Below, piece after piece: positions 48,096 to 60,975 of a stretch of DNA of 64,000 nt. Source of the stretch: Trichosphaerium sp. ATCC 40318 (lineage: Eukaryota; Protista; Tubulinea); assembly GCA_038496445.1 (NCBI GenBank), contig JALMLS010000481.1, forward strand, positions 1 through 64,000, in the 5' to 3' direction. Position 1 is the first letter of the stretch. Each line of letters starts with the position of its first letter. The notes below the pieces were generated by a model. The model ran no database searches and was not told the DNA's origin. It saw nothing but the letters and a program-made list of their open reading frames with translations. Made by a program: the position numbers and the translations under genes.

Positions 48096-51000
48096 ATGAG
48101 CGATTGGGCGCCTAATGGCGCTGTTATGTACTCACCATATAATATGGTGCAGCAACGGCAAGGTGGGCGGTTGCATGAAATAAGAATGCTCGCGGAGCCT
48201 CACCAACGTCTGGAGATTACCACGGCGTTATGTTGTGATGAATCAGAAGAAATGTTGTGGGTTGGCAATAGATCGGTATCTCATTTCGTTAAAACAATAT
48301 AAATACATTATAAATCAAGTATCCGTGCGATAACGTCAATTAGGGCAGAGTTGTAAGTTATTTATGCCCACAAAACGATAAATACAGTTCCTGGCATGGT
48401 ACGAGTTACAACATCACTCAATTAGCATACTGAATATTAAATTCTACTTTTATTTTCTACAACGCGCCAATAGCCTTAAATTTATCTTTAAAACCTTAAA
48501 TAGCACATGGTTCCCTTCCTGATCCATCAGTGAGACAAATAGCAACGAATGATGTACGAAATTAACTGCTTTTTTTTTTTTGTCATTCAAAAAAAATTTG
48601 GTTTTTTACCTGTTCTCGTCTATGACGCTTACCAAAATCAAGCTTGGTGTTGTATCTATTTCACAGTCTAGTTTAAGATATTCAGACAGAGGAGGAGTTG
48701 TCAAGATTTATGACACGTGCGTCAAATGGGTGTTTTTCTGAAAAAAGTGCCAAAGAAAAAAAAACAACTTATTTTTCCTTTTGAACACCTGTCACGCATT
48801 GCAAAATATTCTTCTTATCTTTACATCATCCACGCATGACATTTTTTACTGTGTGCTCTTGAGTTTGCACAAGGAGCAGGTGACCCATGAACGGTTTTTT
48901 TTTGGAACCAATTCTATAGAGGAAGTTTTATTTTGAAAAATTAACAAGAGCTAGCAACGAGGAAATACAACAACTTACGTGCTTCACATTCACAAACAAT
49001 AAAAAAAGTGCAGTTGCGCTTGGTGGACGAGCAGAATCTATGTTGATTTATGATTTAGAGCGCAAGGATATTGTAAAAGAGGTACTTGGTCAAAAGCTAA
49101 TATTCTTTTTTTGTAAAAAAGAAGTTGGCCGTTTAGACGTTATGTGGCGCTTATTTTTAATGTACAGGTTCCAATAACTTCTGGAGTTGAATCTATGGCT
49201 CGAGGAAGACTTATTTGTTGCGGTTGCAGTGACGGTAAAGTCGTTTTACGCGATCCACGATCTTATCGTGTGGAACATTCTTTCATGGCACATTCATCTT
49301 GTGTAACAAAAGTTGACGTTAAAAATGACTTATTGATTGCCTGTGGTACAGGAATAAGGTACTTGCATAGTACATATTTGATACTCAAACTACTTGTACA
49401 AAACGCAACGTGATAGCTTGCAGGCGAACCGTTTTGATGTTGAGTGTTTTCTTGTCTTAACTTTTTTTTTACTAGGCGTGGTAATGTCTATATTGATCAC
49501 AGTCTAAAAGCCTATGATATGCGTCAAATGAGAATGCTGCCATCAATAACTTATCCACCTGGACCGGTAAGAGTAGCAATCTTTTAAAGTATAATGTTGT
49601 AGAACAAGTATTGATTTGTATTAGTCAATTGTCAAGTTTCATCCAAAGTTCTCTTCAACTTTGATTGTTGTGAGTCATAGCGGACAATTTCAATTATGTG
49701 ATGTTGGTATGGGTGCTATGACAGGTATACAAGGCGTTCAAAACTATCAAGTACGTGTTTTTTGCTTATATCTTGTGGAAGCAGCTTGAACCTTCGTTCA
49801 CACGTGCATGGTTTTACAATCTTTGGCTTTGTTTTTAGCGTATTTCTATATTAATGTTTGGGCAAGATTGCCTTATTTATGTTGTGTTTAGGTTGACTTA
49901 CATCCAAATGTTTATATTACATCTTTCGATATTTCATCTACTGGAGAAATGCTTGCTTTTGGTGACAATGTTGGATACATTCATCAAGTACGTCGTATTT
50001 TGATATTTTTTTTTTGTTCAAAAAAATCTTCCTTTATTGCCTGGCCAGCTGTTGATTTTTAAGGCTTTTTTTTTGTTAGAAGTTTCGTTCAATGGTCTTT
50101 TTTTTTTTGTACTGAAGGGCGTTGGAGAATTGGCTGACTTTTGTTTTAATTTAGTGGGCTGAAAAAGAAAAGTATGTTGTCAATCAGTTTTCAAAAGGTA
50201 TACATAATAGATTAATCGATCCCTTACCTCCACCACCTTCAACAAAAATGACTGAATGGACGTACGTGTTATCGTTGTTGTGGGTTTTTTTGTTAGTACT
50301 TACCTTATGGTTCTTAGATCCCTATCAACACCAGCTAGCCATACTCAACTCCTTGTTGCTAAAAGTAGTAGAGAACCACTACTTTCTGACTGGTCTAACA
50401 TGCACTTTATTGTTGGACGCCAACCTCAAGGTATTTTATTTCATAAGAAAGTCAATGTACTAACTTGAACCTAAAGGTATTGATACACATTATATCAATA
50501 GTGCTAGAAAGGTAAGCATATAAACCATAGAGAAAAAATAGCTTTTTGGATAAGTACTAACGTCAGCTTGCTACAATTTACTTTGATTTTTTTTGATACC
50601 TGGCACTGTATTATTAACCGTCTTCTCAGGATGATTTTGTTGGTGTCATTCCAAATAGCCCAGGACGCAGCCTTCGTAATCAAGTACGTAACATTGAAGT
50701 GACTAATTACAAGGCGTTTATCTCTAACTTATGTTTAGGTGAGACGACCTGTTCCACCGCTTATTGATCAGACAGTTAAAACAACAGGTGACTCTACAAC
50801 ATCATCAAATGCCGATACACCTGGAAGCTATATAAATAAGAGACCTCCAAAGACTTATAGAAGAGTTGCCATAAGCTACCAAAGGCTTGGTGGAGACTTG
50901 TTTGACTTTGAGTGCGTTGCTCTTTTTTTTTCGTAACGTTAATTTTTATCTTAGCTCCTATAACGGTACAAGCTTCTCTGGACTTGAGAATACGTACCCA

Positions 51001-54000
51001 AATACCTATAGCAATGCTCTTATACAGTCGCTATATTTTATACCTCAATTCAGAAACACCATCTTAAACACAGTGTCTCTGAAAGAGTTTTGTTTGTCTG
51101 ATGAACTTAACTTTCTTTTTCGTATCCTTTCTTCCTTCTTTTTTTTTTTTTTGGAAACTTTTTGCTTCCACTGGAAGCTATGTCTCTGTTTGTTTGTTTG
51201 TATTTCATTCTTTGACATATAAGATATGCTCAGCATTAAGAAAGGAGGTGTTTGCTCCGCACGTAACTTTATAAGAGCTTTGAGACACAACGTGGATGCG
51301 AAGAACCTTGGCTTATTGGAAGATGAAGCATTGCAGTTTGGTAGGAAACGTGACCCTTACTACCTTCTTGCACAAAAGTTTCACAGCTTTCTACTATCTC
51401 ATCTACATCTTGAACTCGAAACCAATGGTGGTATGTTTATGTATTGATACCTTAAGACGAGATCTTCTGATCTTCCTCTATTTTTTTTTTCCTCTTTAAG
51501 ATTTTTTTAACAAACTTGTGTTTGTAGAGTCTATTATATCACAGCTCTTTGGAACCAAAGTAAGAAAAACTGAGGTCATTCGTGATGTTTTAGAACGTAC
51601 CAGTGAGGAGACCATATTCTATCACATGCTGCCAAGCCACGTTCGTGTTTTTTTCCAACAACTTCTTTTTTTGATCAAAAAAGTCAAAAATCGTTAATTG
51701 TTTGAGTGCAGGGCAAATCTTTTGCTGCTATGGTACGTGATTGCTTATCTTATAAAGAAGAGAAAACTACTTGGTGCGAAGAAACGCAGCAGAGGGAGCA
51801 AGTACAACAAAAACAAGAGGTAATGATGCTTTTGTCATAACAACAAAGTTGTTATAGTTTTGTGATCGTTATTAAATCATAAATAAGGTCATAGCGCTTC
51901 CTAATATACTCGCGTTTCATACATGTGTTGGAGAACAAGCAGCAGAGTTTTGGAAGGGTGTAAGCTCAGGTAAACCATATTAATTTATTTTTAAAGCCAA
52001 GGTAAAACAACTTAAATTATTTAGACGAAAAGATGTTTCCTTGGAGCACAGCAAGTCAAGCAACACCTGAAAAGGACGAAAAATCTTCCTGGTTACCATT
52101 TAGGTATACATTAACTTCCATAGTCTTAATTCTGAGTGAGATCTTTTGTGTACTTACTAAATTCCGTTTTAGAATGAAAATAACACGTGATCCAATGACT
52201 CATAAGATGAACGTTGTTGAGTACTCAAATCAGCGTAATGAAGGATCAGATGATCTTTATGAGTTATATGCATGTACATCATGGATTCATGACTGTGTTG
52301 GCAATGGTGTAGATCATGTTGTGTCACAAATCAAAGGTACACAAAAAAGAAACAAATTTTCTTTTGTTATGTCCAAACAAAATTTTCCTGCTGTTCTTTA
52401 TGTTCTTTGTGTTGTTTATTATACCATTTTCTTTCAATCATGTGTGACTTAACATTGGTTTTTGTAGTTCCTGAGTATTGTAAAAAGGAAGGAACAGAAC
52501 ACCATTGGTACCTCTTTAATGATTTCAGAGTTATGGCAACATCTCAATACGAAACTGTACATATAAACAGCGGCTGGAAGGTAATCATTATTTACAATCT
52601 TGGGTTTTCAACGCTCTTTCTATCTTTCTTAAAGTACTGTATTTGTACAGCAGTTGTATACTCTGTACTCGACAAAGCAACACAAGAACTTGTTTTTTTT
52701 TTCAATTTGATGAATACGTTCCAAATCAAGTTTACGCTCTACTGGTTGTATGAATATGTTCATTTGTTAATGTATATTTTTTAGATACCTTGTATAATAT
52801 ACTATGCTCGAGTTAATGTGGATAAACATATACCTATCCCTACAATCAAGAAAGACTTGATGTCTCAATTTTTGTTCCTTCAAAATCCAATATTAGCGTA
52901 CCTCATCAAACTCTTTTGTTGTGCTAGTAGTACACAAGAATAACTCATCCATAGACAAAACAAGGTTAAAACTCTTGATTATAAACCTCTTACAGAAGAT
53001 GAAGTTAAGGAACAGGGACTTCCTGTGATTGCAATAGATGCAGAGTTTGTTTCTTTGGCACAGGTTTGTTTTTTTTCTTCTATCGACTGATGATGAATTG
53101 GTTGATTCTTGTGGAGCCAATAGCCTTATTCTCTTTATTTTTTAGGAACTCAGGGAAGAGAGAAAAGGACGTATGGTTCTTGTAAGACCACCAATGTTCA
53201 GCGTTGCTAGAATATCGATAATTCGTGCTTGGGTATTGAATTTTTGTTTTCTAGAAAGAATCTTTTGTGACGTTTTGTGCTTGTTACTTAATTTGATTTG
53301 TAGGGTGAGTCAGGTACATTAATGGATGACTACATTAGTACACCACATGAATGTGTTGATGATTACTTGACGAGATTTTCTGGAATTAATGAAGGAGACT
53401 TGGATCCTCAGAAATCTCCATTTCAAGTAACAACATTGAAAGTAAGGCGTTCTTTCTTTTCTCTTTAATCATTTTTACTAATATAAATACTTCAAGGCAA
53501 GTTACTTGAGATTGAGAGCAATGATTGATGCTGGATTTATATTCGTTGGTCATGGTTTGAAGAGTGATTTTAAGATCATCAGTATCCTTTCTTTTCTATT
53601 TTTTTTCTCAAAAAGTGGTTCATACTTTTTACTTCATTTTCGGTTCTTTCTCTTGAAGAGTATGAGTGTTTGTTGTTTGACGTTGATTTATTATTTCTTA
53701 ATTCTTTTTTTGATATTCACGTGCCTTCTGATCAAATACTTGATACTGTAGAGCTATACAGAGCGAAAGGTCAGAGAAAAATATCACTTCGGTATTTGGC
53801 TAAAAAAATCCTTGATATTGACATCCAGTCAAAAACACATGATAGTATTGAAGATGCTAGAACTGTACGATTGTATTTTCACCTTCTTTTTTGTTAAATC
53901 AACAAGCGAAGCTGTTTTTGGAAGGTTTTTTTTTCGAAATATTTTTTCTTGATTTTTTCTTATTTTTTGCTTTAAGGCTTTGATGCTCTATGACAAGTAT

Positions 54001-54276
54001 AAAAAGTTTGAAGCTGATGGAAAGCTTGATGACTTGATAGATGAATTGTATAGAACTGGTAGAGTGGTACGTATTAGATAAATAATAACATGAAACTCAG
54101 TTTTATGCACAAACTCCCATGTGACATGTTCCGGTGTTAAAAAATGAGCACTTTCTTTGTGTTGTTTCATGGATTTTACTGACGCTTGATACTAGACAAA
54201 GTGGAAAATTCAAGGCCTTAAAAACGCAGAGGAATCTGGTCTTGAAATGTCTGGTGATGCTGTAACACAGACATAA
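48096..54276 (+). CDS. PAN2: PAN2 deadenylase catalytic subunit (WD40, inactive UCH, DEDD nuclease)
   Basis: YNGTSFSGLEN.YPNTYSNALIQ, ELNFLFHML, WYLFNDF, IAIDAEFV, DYLTRFSGI.EGDLDP, FVGHGLKSDF, RKISLRYLA, THDSIEDARTAL. Confidence 0.96.
51122..51223 (+). other. U12-type (minor spliceosome) GT-AG intron in PAN2
   Basis: Donor GTATCCTTT and branch-like TTCTTTGAC close to the acceptor. Removal restores ELNFLF-H-ML. Confidence 0.85.
53582..53712 (+). other. U12-type intron in PAN2 with apparent GT-TG termini
   Basis: Donor GTATCCTTT and branch-like TTTCTTAAT at 53694-53702. The conserved DFKII-N-IHVP junction requires a 3' end at TG 53711-53712. Confidence 0.7.
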
Positions 54277-54882
54277 AAAATGATTACAAAATAAGAAAAG
54301 AAAAAAAAGAGAAAAAAAAAAAAGAGAAACATACAAATTTGTAATAACAAAATAAAAACAATAAATAGTACCCTTTGAAAGTGAACTTTCTTCATGATAT
54401 CAAGACTTATCACAAGGTTTATCAAACGGAGATGTATTGGAAGAATACGAAGTAGTAATTGACCTGGATAATCGTCAACAAACTAAAACTGTCACCTCAA
54501 CAAAAACAATAGCTTTTCTCCCGCTCATAAAATCACGTGACTGATAATCTCTGGGCATGTTTTTGGTTTTCTCCATGGAAACACAGAGAGTATCATATTA
54601 GCAAATCAGCCGTCATACGACAGCTACCAATTGACATAAATTTTAACGGATTAATCCTTTGACGTTTAACTTTCGAGAAATGGTCAGCTTATTCATTGTG
54701 GCACGTGAAAAATTTATTAATACAAGCCTCCACTGTACATAAAGGAGTTGTCAATTAGCGTCTAGTAGGTTGTAGTTCACTTAGGCTTTTATACCTTAAA
54801 AGAAAGAAACACACTAAAAGAATACTATCAAGGGGTGTGTTACTCCAAGTTAATGTCCATTCTCTTCAGTTTTGTGGCCACC

Positions 54883-55665
54883 TTAACTTTGTACTTGTTC
54901 TTTACCATAAATGTAATTGCATTGCTTCAACAGAGTGCCATCATCTTGCCATGTTATGTGTTTTCCATGTAGCTTTCCGTTGACATAATAACAATGCTTC
55001 TTCATTTGACCGTTATTAAACCATTCCTTTTCCTCTCCATTTTTGTTGTCAGCAGTGTAGACACACTCTAAATGCAACTGCCCATTGTTGTACCATTCTT
55101 TGTACACATAGTTGCCATTGACGTAATGACAACGTTTCTTCAATTGACCGTTGTCATACCACGTCTTGTATTCTCCTTCAAGTGTACCATTAAGATAGTG
55201 ACATTGTGTTGTTGGTTGGACTTTATCTTTGTGTTGTTTTCCCCTGCAAATAATATACTCGTCTTCATGTTTAACATCTACATAGTAGCACTTCTTTGAC
55301 AAAGCACCATCTGATTCCCATTCTAAATACTCACCATGTAAATTGCCATTGATGTAAACACATTGTACAAATAATATACCATCATCACGCCAGGTTTTAT
55401 ACTCTCCATGTAGTTTACCATTGATGTAGTTACAAACTTTCTTCAATGTACCTTCTTTATACCATGTTTTGTATTCTCCATGTCTTTTATTATGGATGCA
55501 AAAAAAATAATGAGATTTCTTACCATTATCAAACCATGCTTTGCACTCTCCATGTATGTTACCGTTGATGTAATTACACTCCTGTACAAGTTCCGTATCT
55601 TCGTTATATTCTTTGTACTCTCCATGTAGTTTACCATTATTGTAATTGCACTTCTTCCGCGGTGT
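54883..55665 (-). CDS. MORN-variant repeat protein, 5' end disrupted or unresolved
   Basis: Continuous frame of ~10 repeats of the type CNY.NGKLHGEYK.W..NG.L back to a TAA near 55670. No in-frame ATG. Confidence 0.75.
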   Translation of the reverse strand, partial: TPRKKCNYNNGKLHGEYKEYNEDTELVQECNYINGNIHGECKAWFDNGKKSHYFFCIHNKRHGEYKTWYKEGTLKKVCNYINGKLHGEYKTWRDDGILFVQCVYINGNLHGEYLEWESDGALSKKCYYVDVKHEDEYIICRGKQHKDKVQPTTQCHYLNGTLEGEYKTWYDNGQLKKRCHYVNGNYVYKEWYNNGQLHLECVYTADNKNGEEKEWFNNGQMKKHCYYVNGKLHGKHITWQDDGTLLKQCNYIYGKEQVQS

Positions 55666-56243
55666 TTTTTATTACTATTCTCTTAATAGTAATTTTTTTT
55701 TTGAACAGTGTTTATCCTGATCTAATGTTATACCGTTTTGAATATAAGCAATATTTATATCCATGGTCTCCTCTATGACGTATTCGTTAATATTCATTCA
55801 TGAATATTCACTGGTGACATTTGTAGGAGCTTGTAATGGTACCACTTGTAATGCTTACTCTGTTGTCCCGTGACAACATTCAAGTGACTACCTTTGGTAA
55901 GCCAGGGCCCAACTGGCATCGCTTTAGCTATGCGTGGTACTACGGATTGTGACCCTCATCTACTTCAAGCCAGTTTTGTACCTCAAAACGGGGTGCTTTT
56001 TTCGCGGTAAGTCGAAACCTGTCACTCACAAACTTGTACTGGGTTACTCCATTTTTGTGATTAAAACCAAAAACAGTACCTGGCATCACTTTGTGCGTTG
56101 TACTACTTGTTGCCGGGATTCATTGGCGTTTGGTAACTAACACAACTCTGTGAGGATCTTGGGGATGATGCTTGTACTGATGTCACCTGCCTGACACTAT
56201 ACGTCAATGTATTTGTTTATAACCTCATCTCGTTTACTGTATC

Positions 56244-56314
56244 ACGATGATTTACACAATTAGTGGATTGGACTTGATTGAGTGACGATGCAATTAACTC
56301 ATTACGCTTGCTGA
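56244..56314 (+). ncRNA. Candidate box C/D snoRNA
   Basis: C-like ACGATGA 56244, D'-like TTGA 56274, C'-like GTGACGA 56282 and D CTGA 56311, enclosed by the CCTCATCTC/GAGATGAGG stem. Box C is imperfect. Confidence 0.3.
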
Positions 56315-57053
56315 ACTTATTCGTAACTTAACCAAGAGCGAGAGATGAGGATTGTCACTGTAAATCGTGACTGTCAAACTTTGAAACAATAAAAACACTA
56401 AATATGTGTTGAGCAACCAAAAAAAAAAGTTACACATAGCAACTTTTCCTGCTCAAGTGACTCAGTGTCCTTGTTTTAGAGAAACACCATATGTTTTAAT
56501 CGTTCCTAAAAGTGAAGTGTATACTTTGATGCAATCATGGAATTTGTTAACAAGCTAGAAAAGTCAGCTGACTGATTCCAATTTTTGGAATTTTTTAAAT
56601 GGGTATTTGTAATAATATTCCATCTTTGTCCAAGCATTGTTGTGAATATCTACAACTCTCACTTGAGAAATTTGCTCGGATGGCAAAACTCGCTAACCTT
56701 CATCAAGACTTTGTTTAGCTTGTAATATGCTTTTTCATTTGCACTTGGCCGTTCTTCTTGGCTTTTAGCTTGTTTTGTGAATGAGTGTCCGATGTTTAAC
56801 GGTTTTTTACTAGCGCCTGCTCCTGAGTCCGGCTGACGTTATCGCACAGTAATTGACGCGTATTAGAACGGCCTTACGTGATTTCATGATTGTTTAACGG
56901 TTTGCGTTTTATTCTGCGTGAATCGACTTTAAAAGTATTGGAATAGGTAACCAATATTGCGGTATTAATGTTGTCATGGTCAAAAGGGGTTTTTATTAAA
57001 ATTTGTGCGAACTTTCAGCGAAAATAAAAGAGCCTATCCTTAGTTTAAACCTA

Positions 57054-58082
57054 ATGGATTACTTCAACGCAGATATAATATACCTCATATCAGAGTATCT
57101 TCGTATTCAAGAGCTTATAAACCTTCGTACAATAACAAAACAATTTTGTAGACTGCCGTTAACTAAAAGAGATGTACAACAGGTTTGTGTATTTAATAGT
57201 GACAAGTGCAAGTCTCCAAATATTGTTCTAGAGCAGTTATGTCTAGCGCCGTTTAAAACAATTAAATTGAATGCGTTTACAACGCCAGACGCTTTACTAG
57301 TGCGTACGTTAGAGAATTGCTGTAAAACACTGAGAAAACTATCTATTGGTTGTATTTACGCAAAGAACGCTGCAACGATCATAGAAGCAATCAAGAAATG
57401 CTCTAACATAAGAGAATTGACGTTATCTTTCCAACCACAGGTGAACAACGTGGAAGAAGTAGATCCAGTATCTAAACTATTGGTTTCTTCTGATTTGAGT
57501 ATTCCTCATTTGATAATCGAAGATTATGATTTTGAAAGACCACAAACACTTGTATTCCTTTCGCAATATTTCTTCCGTGTTGATGCTAAATGTAAGGGTA
57601 TTTCACTTACACATAAAGAAGGAGCAATCACGTGTTTTTATGATGACTTATCCAATGTAATTGAACCTGGGTTAGTAAGGAGAACACCAACTAAACATGC
57701 AAGATATTTTCAGTCATGTGCTTTTTTTGAAAGAGAGAAAAGGATACTAGAACGACAAGGTATTGATTTTGTTGATGAGTTCATGGTGACATTAGAAGTA
57801 GTACAGATAATGGATACAACCCCTTTAGGTGAAACCTATTTCGATGTGATTCATGCAGATGGTTGCAACAGTACACTTTGTTTTCCTAATGATTATTGGA
57901 AGATTAAAGGTAAAAGAGGAGTACACCCTTTGTTTTCGGATATGCCAGTTGTTACACCTGACGTTGTTGATGCTCTCTATTCTGGAATAGACACATGTGT
58001 TGTTTCTATTAGTTTCTCGTGTAGAGGGTTAACCACTAAGCCTGTTCTTATGTATCAAATCAATCCTCCAAAACATTGGTAG
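57054..58082 (+). CDS. Intronless F-box-like protein with RNI-like LRR region
   Basis: MDYFNADIIYLISEYLRIQELINLRTITKQF is F-box-like. TLRKLSI and NIRELTL are LRR-like segments. Confidence 0.75.
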   Translation: MDYFNADIIYLISEYLRIQELINLRTITKQFCRLPLTKRDVQQVCVFNSDKCKSPNIVLEQLCLAPFKTIKLNAFTTPDALLVRTLENCCKTLRKLSIGCIYAKNAATIIEAIKKCSNIRELTLSFQPQVNNVEEVDPVSKLLVSSDLSIPHLIIEDYDFERPQTLVFLSQYFFRVDAKCKGISLTHKEGAITCFYDDLSNVIEPGLVRRTPTKHARYFQSCAFFEREKRILERQGIDFVDEFMVTLEVVQIMDTTPLGETYFDVIHADGCNSTLCFPNDYWKIKGKRGVHPLFSDMPVVTPDVVDALYSGIDTCVVSISFSCRGLTTKPVLMYQINPPKHW

Positions 58083-58661
58083 GTCTGCTTAAATAAAAAC
58101 TCCCAAGTTCACACGATCAATTGGCTATTTATACTTTTCACATCTTGGGAGTTTGGAAGTTTATCGCTTTACCCATCACCCATAAATTATCGCTATCAAT
58201 GGCGAAGCTATTTTGGGAAAACCAGAACATACTTGATCGTGTGGAGAAGCATCAGAGAACATAAAGATATAAGAAGTGTAAAATTATTAAGTGAACGCTG
58301 CACTGCTGGCACTATATCTTGCGATACGAGAATTCTTTTGCATAACGTCATACTTTATTGTTCCCATTACTATCTCTTTGAGCGTAAGCAGGAAGCATAC
58401 AAAGATTGGCTGAGCACTAAAAAAACCTGAACTTCTCTTTGTTCTCTCTACTCTCCCGCACGTGATTTTTGGTGGTACTTAAAAATAAGATCTTATTTAG
58501 TCTTTATTGGATAGCGTTACTTTATTCGCTATGTCGATTGGTGCATGGGAAGGTGTTAGGTGAACTTAAAACTCCGTTTAAGTTTTTTTTTCGCACAAGT
58601 CTTCATTTTGTATTTTTAAAGTCTACGAAACGTACTCGCTCACCTTCACATAATTATAACA

Positions 58662-59764
58662 ATGCAAGGAATCAAATGTGTAGTTGTTGGTGATCATAAA
58701 GTTGGTATGTAGCCTCGAAGAAAAGAAAAAGAGTTCCTTGATTGGATATTTTTTTTTGGGGTTAAAAATTCGTTTTTCTTCGCTCCCACGTGCGTGTATT
58801 ATCAAATACATACAAATAGCGATGAAAAAACTAAAACGAGTCACGTGTGTAAAACACTTCTACGGCTTACTATATATTCATAAACAGCTCAGACCGTTTT
58901 TTTTACAAACTTGCCGTGTTTAGTTTTTTCTTTTGAGATTTTTTTTTTAGCCGTTCTTTCAGGTTTTTAATCCTTCTTGTAGGTAAAACAAAGATGATTG
59001 TATCATTTACAAAGGACTTACGTCGTACTGCACCAACACATTTTGAACTTCATCATGGTTGCGTACGCATGGAGAACGGTGACGCTGTAGAGCTTAATAT
59101 ATGCGACACAGTAAACATTGTAAATACGCCAAAAAAAAAAAACCTCCAACACATCAAGTATTTTAACTCACGTGATTAGGCTGGATCAGGATACGATGAT
59201 GAGTTAAGAAAGTTACCGTATATCGGCTCTGATTATGTACTCATGTGTTTCGCTATAAGTACGTTTAATACATGTGCATTCGCATTCTGTTGTTGTTCTT
59301 TGTTTGACGCTAGTTCTAGATTCCATAAAATCGTTCAATAATGTAACAAAAAAAGTACGTTTTTTTTCTTTCATGTGTAGCCCTCAGGTTTCCTGACTGT
59401 TACTCTTAGTGGCTACCTGAAGTCAGAGAGAACTGTCCAAATGGAAAGATTATATTAGTAGGTACAAAATCAGATAAGAGAGGTGGTAAAAAGAGGAAGA
59501 AGCTAGTACCACAAAGCCAAGGTTAGAAAAATTGAAAAAAAACTCGAAGTCTTTTTGTTCTAAAAAGTTTTACCTTTAGCCAAAGACCTATGTGTCAGAC
59601 TAAATGCTATTGGTTACTCTGAATGCTCTGGATCTTCTGGGGATGGAGTAAATGAAGTTTTTCAACAGATTGCGCAGGACCTGCAGTCAGGTTCTTCGTC
59701 ACGATCAAAAAGAAGGTCAAGAAGTAAAAAGTGGAGACGATCAATAGCGAAAATATTCAATTGA
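58662..59764 (+). CDS. Atypical Rho/Rac-family small GTPase
   Basis: [15 protein letters not shown]|KT...DT|[14 protein letters not shown]...SFNNVTKK|[10 protein letters not shown]...IILVGTKSD...YSECSG. Five introns, no CAAX. Confidence 0.9.
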
Positions 59765-59968
59765 AGATGATGTGTTTTTGGAGGTTTTCCTCCTTTTTCA
59801 TAACACACTGTCACGTGTTTCCTTGAGAAATAATTTAAAATAAACCATGTACATTTAAACATTTATTTGTTACGTTAAAACAACTTAGATGAGGGGTGGT
59901 CAAGCGCAATACTTTTTTTTTTCAGTTTTTTGTAAATTTCGACCGAATCTGGATTTGTTAATCGGGTT

Positions 59969-60773
59969 CTATCTCCCTTTACATAAGCAAGCGAATATAA
60001 GCACTATTAAAATAGTTGTAAAGGTTCCGTATCCAAGAACGATAAAAAAGTACTGTGGCCCATCTCCAGTATCAGTAAAATGCATAGCAAGTATACCAGC
60101 CTAAACTTGATGTGAAAAAAAACAACAAAGAAATCTCGCAACAAAATCTCATCGACAAATACAATTCAAATAGAGAACGTACTATAACCAATACTGAAAA
60201 TAGTATAAACGCAGTACCAGTGAACGAAAAATCCTAAAGGAGGTTGGCACCAAGCGTCAATTCAAAAAGTAAAACGGCTTTGTGTTTTATCACGTGATTT
60301 AATAAACATCCTTACCTGTTGTCTGTATCTATACCCATAGTATATTAAACCAAACCCAAGGATCACATGACCGCATAGGATACAAGCGAGTACTGTAGGG
60401 CCGAAAACTGTTACAGATGAACAATGTTAGTCGTTACGTCATAAATACGACGGAGAATATCATTTTAACGCACGGAGACCACATAAGAACGTTGCTATTG
60501 TAAAAACAACCAACCAAAATGAAACAGCGCTAATTTACAGTTTTAATACGATAGTTTTCTTTCTTACACGTGCTAAAGCACGTGAAAAATAGTGAAAATT
60601 GAGATACAAAGTAGCGGGTTTTTGAAACTTTGTTTGTAGGTGCTTTCTACACGTTTAACGTACAGTTTATGAGAGCGTAGAGGATTGCGGAATACTTTCT
60701 GATCTATACTCTCTGCTTCTTCTTCAGCTGTATCTACTACAATTCTTTGTTCGTCTAGCGTTGCAGTAGCCAT
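59969..60773 (-). CDS. Small multi-pass membrane protein of unknown function
   Basis: ATG 60773, several short hydrophobic exons with GT-AG introns, ends ...LIFACLCKGR*. Confidence 0.6.
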
Positions 60774-60975
60774 GGTTATGCTTTGAAATCTTTGTTCAAT
60801 AGACTTACAATGATACTTACTTAAAATGCCGAGATGTTCGGGGATGGGCGTCTGAACAATGTTTCACGCAGAGTAGCCACCTGTAGTATGAAATTAAGAG
60901 TTGCTTGGAAAGAATTGTTTCGTCACGAGTGTTCTCTGAACAACCCAAGTCATAAATACGTACTAAACTCAAACT

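Noticed and set aside
55800-56780. Coding-like minus-strand fragments (similar ones at 9200-9660, 11560-12100, 13800-14220, 22650-23400)
   Set aside because: Multiple stops and no recognisable family, so no gene model can be supported.
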